A DNA stretch of 49,177 nt. Origin: Nanohaloarchaea archaeon PL-Br10_U2g16. GTDB taxonomy: Archaea; Nanohalarchaeota; Nanosalinia; Nanosalinales; Nanosalinaceae. The position numbers were made by a program, and so were the translations under genes. The stretch's first letter is position 1. Each line of letters starts with the position of its first letter. The stretch lies in contig LKMV01000001.1 of assembly GCA_001563995.1 (NCBI GenBank), forward strand, positions 1-49,177. Direction: 5' to 3'. The notes below the pieces were generated by a model. The model saw only the letters and a list, made by a program, of their open reading frames with translations, did no database searches and was not told the origin of the DNA. Shown here in pieces: positions 47,939 through 49,177 of this stretch.

Positions 47939-48283
47939 TTTTTCCCACCGGTAAAACTTTCTTGTTCAGATTTATCGCCCCGTGTATTGCATTTGAAATG
48001 TAGGTTATAAATACCTTTCCAATCGAACCCGGGGTTAGTCGAATACACACCCCTTGATTTCATATGGAGTATAGAAAACATCTCCATCTACCGATATAAC
48101 AGTGTTATATAATATATCATTGTTATTAGAAGAAGAAATAGAATGGAAATATAGTTCCATAGGAAACCGAGGGGAGGAAGAACTTACAGTTTTTTACGTT
48201 AAGACAGCCGGGATGAAAATAACCCCTTGGTTTCACTTGGAGAATGAAGTTTGAAAAAGAAAAAAATTGTTGTAAGGTTGAAA
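47939..48283. other. Replication origin (oriC): three ORB elements flanking an AT-rich DUE, upstream of orc1
   Basis: ORB-A 48046-48069 is CACACCCCTTGATTTCATATGGAG and ORB-B 48221-48242 is AACCCCTTGGTTTCACTTGGAG; both read as TTCCA...GAAAC...GGGG on the minus strand. ORB-E 48155-48177 (TTCCATAGGAAACCGAGGGGAGG) has the opposite orientation. The AT-rich stretch 48070-48154 between A and E is a candidate duplex unwinding element. Confidence 0.8.
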
Positions 48284-49177
48284 CTATTCATAGATTAATT
48301 CGAACTTTTCTATTTCCCTATCTAATATTTCTTTGTAGTTACTGAACTTTTCTTTAGTCATATCACCTTCTTCCATCTCGACTCCGTTTTTATTATGTAC
48401 CATGAGATAAGAGTCTCCGTCTTCGGCATACTGTTCTGAGTGCTCAGGGGTACTGTTTTTAATTATTACAAAGTCTTCCGTCTCTAGTTCTCTATAAGAG
48501 TTATTAAATTGATTAATAATTTTTAAAGAACCCTTTTCAGTTTTAAGATTAAGTTTTTCCCTAGATTCTTTCACAGAGTAATCAAAGTATCTATTTCTAC
48601 TGTTGAAAACAGTTTGGAATGTATTTAATGATAAAATTCTTTGATTAGCCAAACGTTTCTCGATATTAACGGTTTTTGTTTCATTATTTACTTTAATCTC
48701 TGTTTTTCCTACCGAACTTCCTACGATATCAAAACTGACTGATTTTGTGGAGTTAGCTGGGACTGTTATTTTTCTATATGGTTTTTCAAGAAGATCAAGT
48801 CTGGAGTTTCTATCGGTTTCCAGATATATCTTCTCTTCAAGCTTGAACCGGTTGGGATTACTAACTTTGGCTGTGACCGTTGCTTGAGTTTCCTTTTCAA
48901 TAGTTTCCGGTGCTTGAAGTTCTAAAGCGTATTCTTCTCTGTTTACAAACCTTTCTGAGTCCTTTGAGATAACTTTACTGTCTGTAATATATACCTCTAC
49001 CTCAGATCTTCCTTTTGGTAGTTCTCCAACTCTAAACCTGTTGTTTCCTTGTTCAAGGTTGATATCTCTAGAGCTCCTGATACCGTTGAAGCTGTAGATT
49101 AGCTTGATATCCATCTCCCGGTCTGAAAATATTTCCGCGTAGACCGTATTTTGTTCTTTCTCCAGATTTACGGAGGC
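48284..49177 (-). CDS. Hypothetical protein, N-terminally truncated by the window edge
   Basis: The reading frame stays open upstream of the ATG at 49114 to the window end (...ASVNLEKEQNTVYAEIFSDRE-MDIKL...). Ser/Asn/Lys-rich beta-like segments repeat, so it may be a surface or Ig-like repeat protein. Confidence 0.5.
   Translation of the reverse strand, partial: ASVNLEKEQNTVYAEIFSDREMDIKLIYSFNGIRSSRDINLEQGNNRFRVGELPKGRSEVEVYITDSKVISKDSERFVNREEYALELQAPETIEKETQATVTAKVSNPNRFKLEEKIYLETDRNSRLDLLEKPYRKITVPANSTKSVSFDIVGSSVGKTEIKVNNETKTVNIEKRLANQRILSLNTFQTVFNSRNRYFDYSVKESREKLNLKTEKGSLKIINQFNNSYRELETEDFVIIKNSTPEHSEQYAEDGDSYLMVHNKNGVEMEEGDMTKEKFSNYKEILDREIEKFELIYE

Noticed and set aside
1-49177. Integrated mobile element, provirus or defense island
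   Set aside because: I recognised no integrase, transposase, capsid or terminase, no restriction-modification or toxin-antitoxin system and no cas genes. The tRNA-Thr gene is intact with no flanking direct repeat of its 3' end.

Overview
This 49.2-kb window is a gene-dense segment of an archaeal chromosome. The archaeal assignment rests on archaeal histones, RadA, RPA, DnaG-type primase, both PolD subunits, Orc1/Cdc6, ORB-type origin boxes and an intron-containing tRNA. The DNA is AT-rich and the predicted proteins are strikingly acidic (D/E-rich, with long acidic tails on DnaK and DnaJ). This is the pattern of salt-in halophiles, so I infer a halophilic DPANN-like (Nanohaloarchaeota-type) lineage, but I cannot prove that from the sequence. 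I found no transposase or integrase, no CRISPR array and no rRNA.

Content in order:
- metallophosphoesterase, histone A and a YprB-like exonuclease;
- a bacterial-type grpE-dnaK-dnaJ locus with extra unknown ORFs inserted;
- a block of extremely acidic proteins, one His-rich and anchored by a glycine zipper;
- an MBL hydrolase;
- a 7-TM microbial rhodopsin with a highly atypical counterion complex, carrying its own TATA box;
- a MATE exporter, an SPFH protein and histone B;
- a replication and recombination core of RPA and RadA;
- a PRC-barrel protein and LigT;
- peptidases of families M32, M42 and M29;
- FxsA;
- tRNA-Thr(CGU) with an unusually long intron of about 96 nt;
- a cluster of HxlR and ArsR-like regulators with membrane proteins;
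- an M48 peptidase;
- a second replication block of DnaG, PolD DP2 (carrying a 473-aa LAGLIDADG intein), PolD DP1 and Orc1/Cdc6.

Most interesting observations:
- A canonical oriC with three ORB elements and an AT-rich unwinding element lies upstream of orc1 (47939-48283).
- A second ORB-bearing, repeat-saturated 590-bp locus lies 13 kb away (34623-35215). It is not adjacent to any orc1. It abuts a coiled-coil protein with a C-terminal winged-helix-like domain, and dnaG sits beyond that gene. I regard it as a candidate second origin or iteron-like control region with a possibly novel associated factor.
- The rhodopsin lacks the near-universal Arg82 and Asp212 equivalents.
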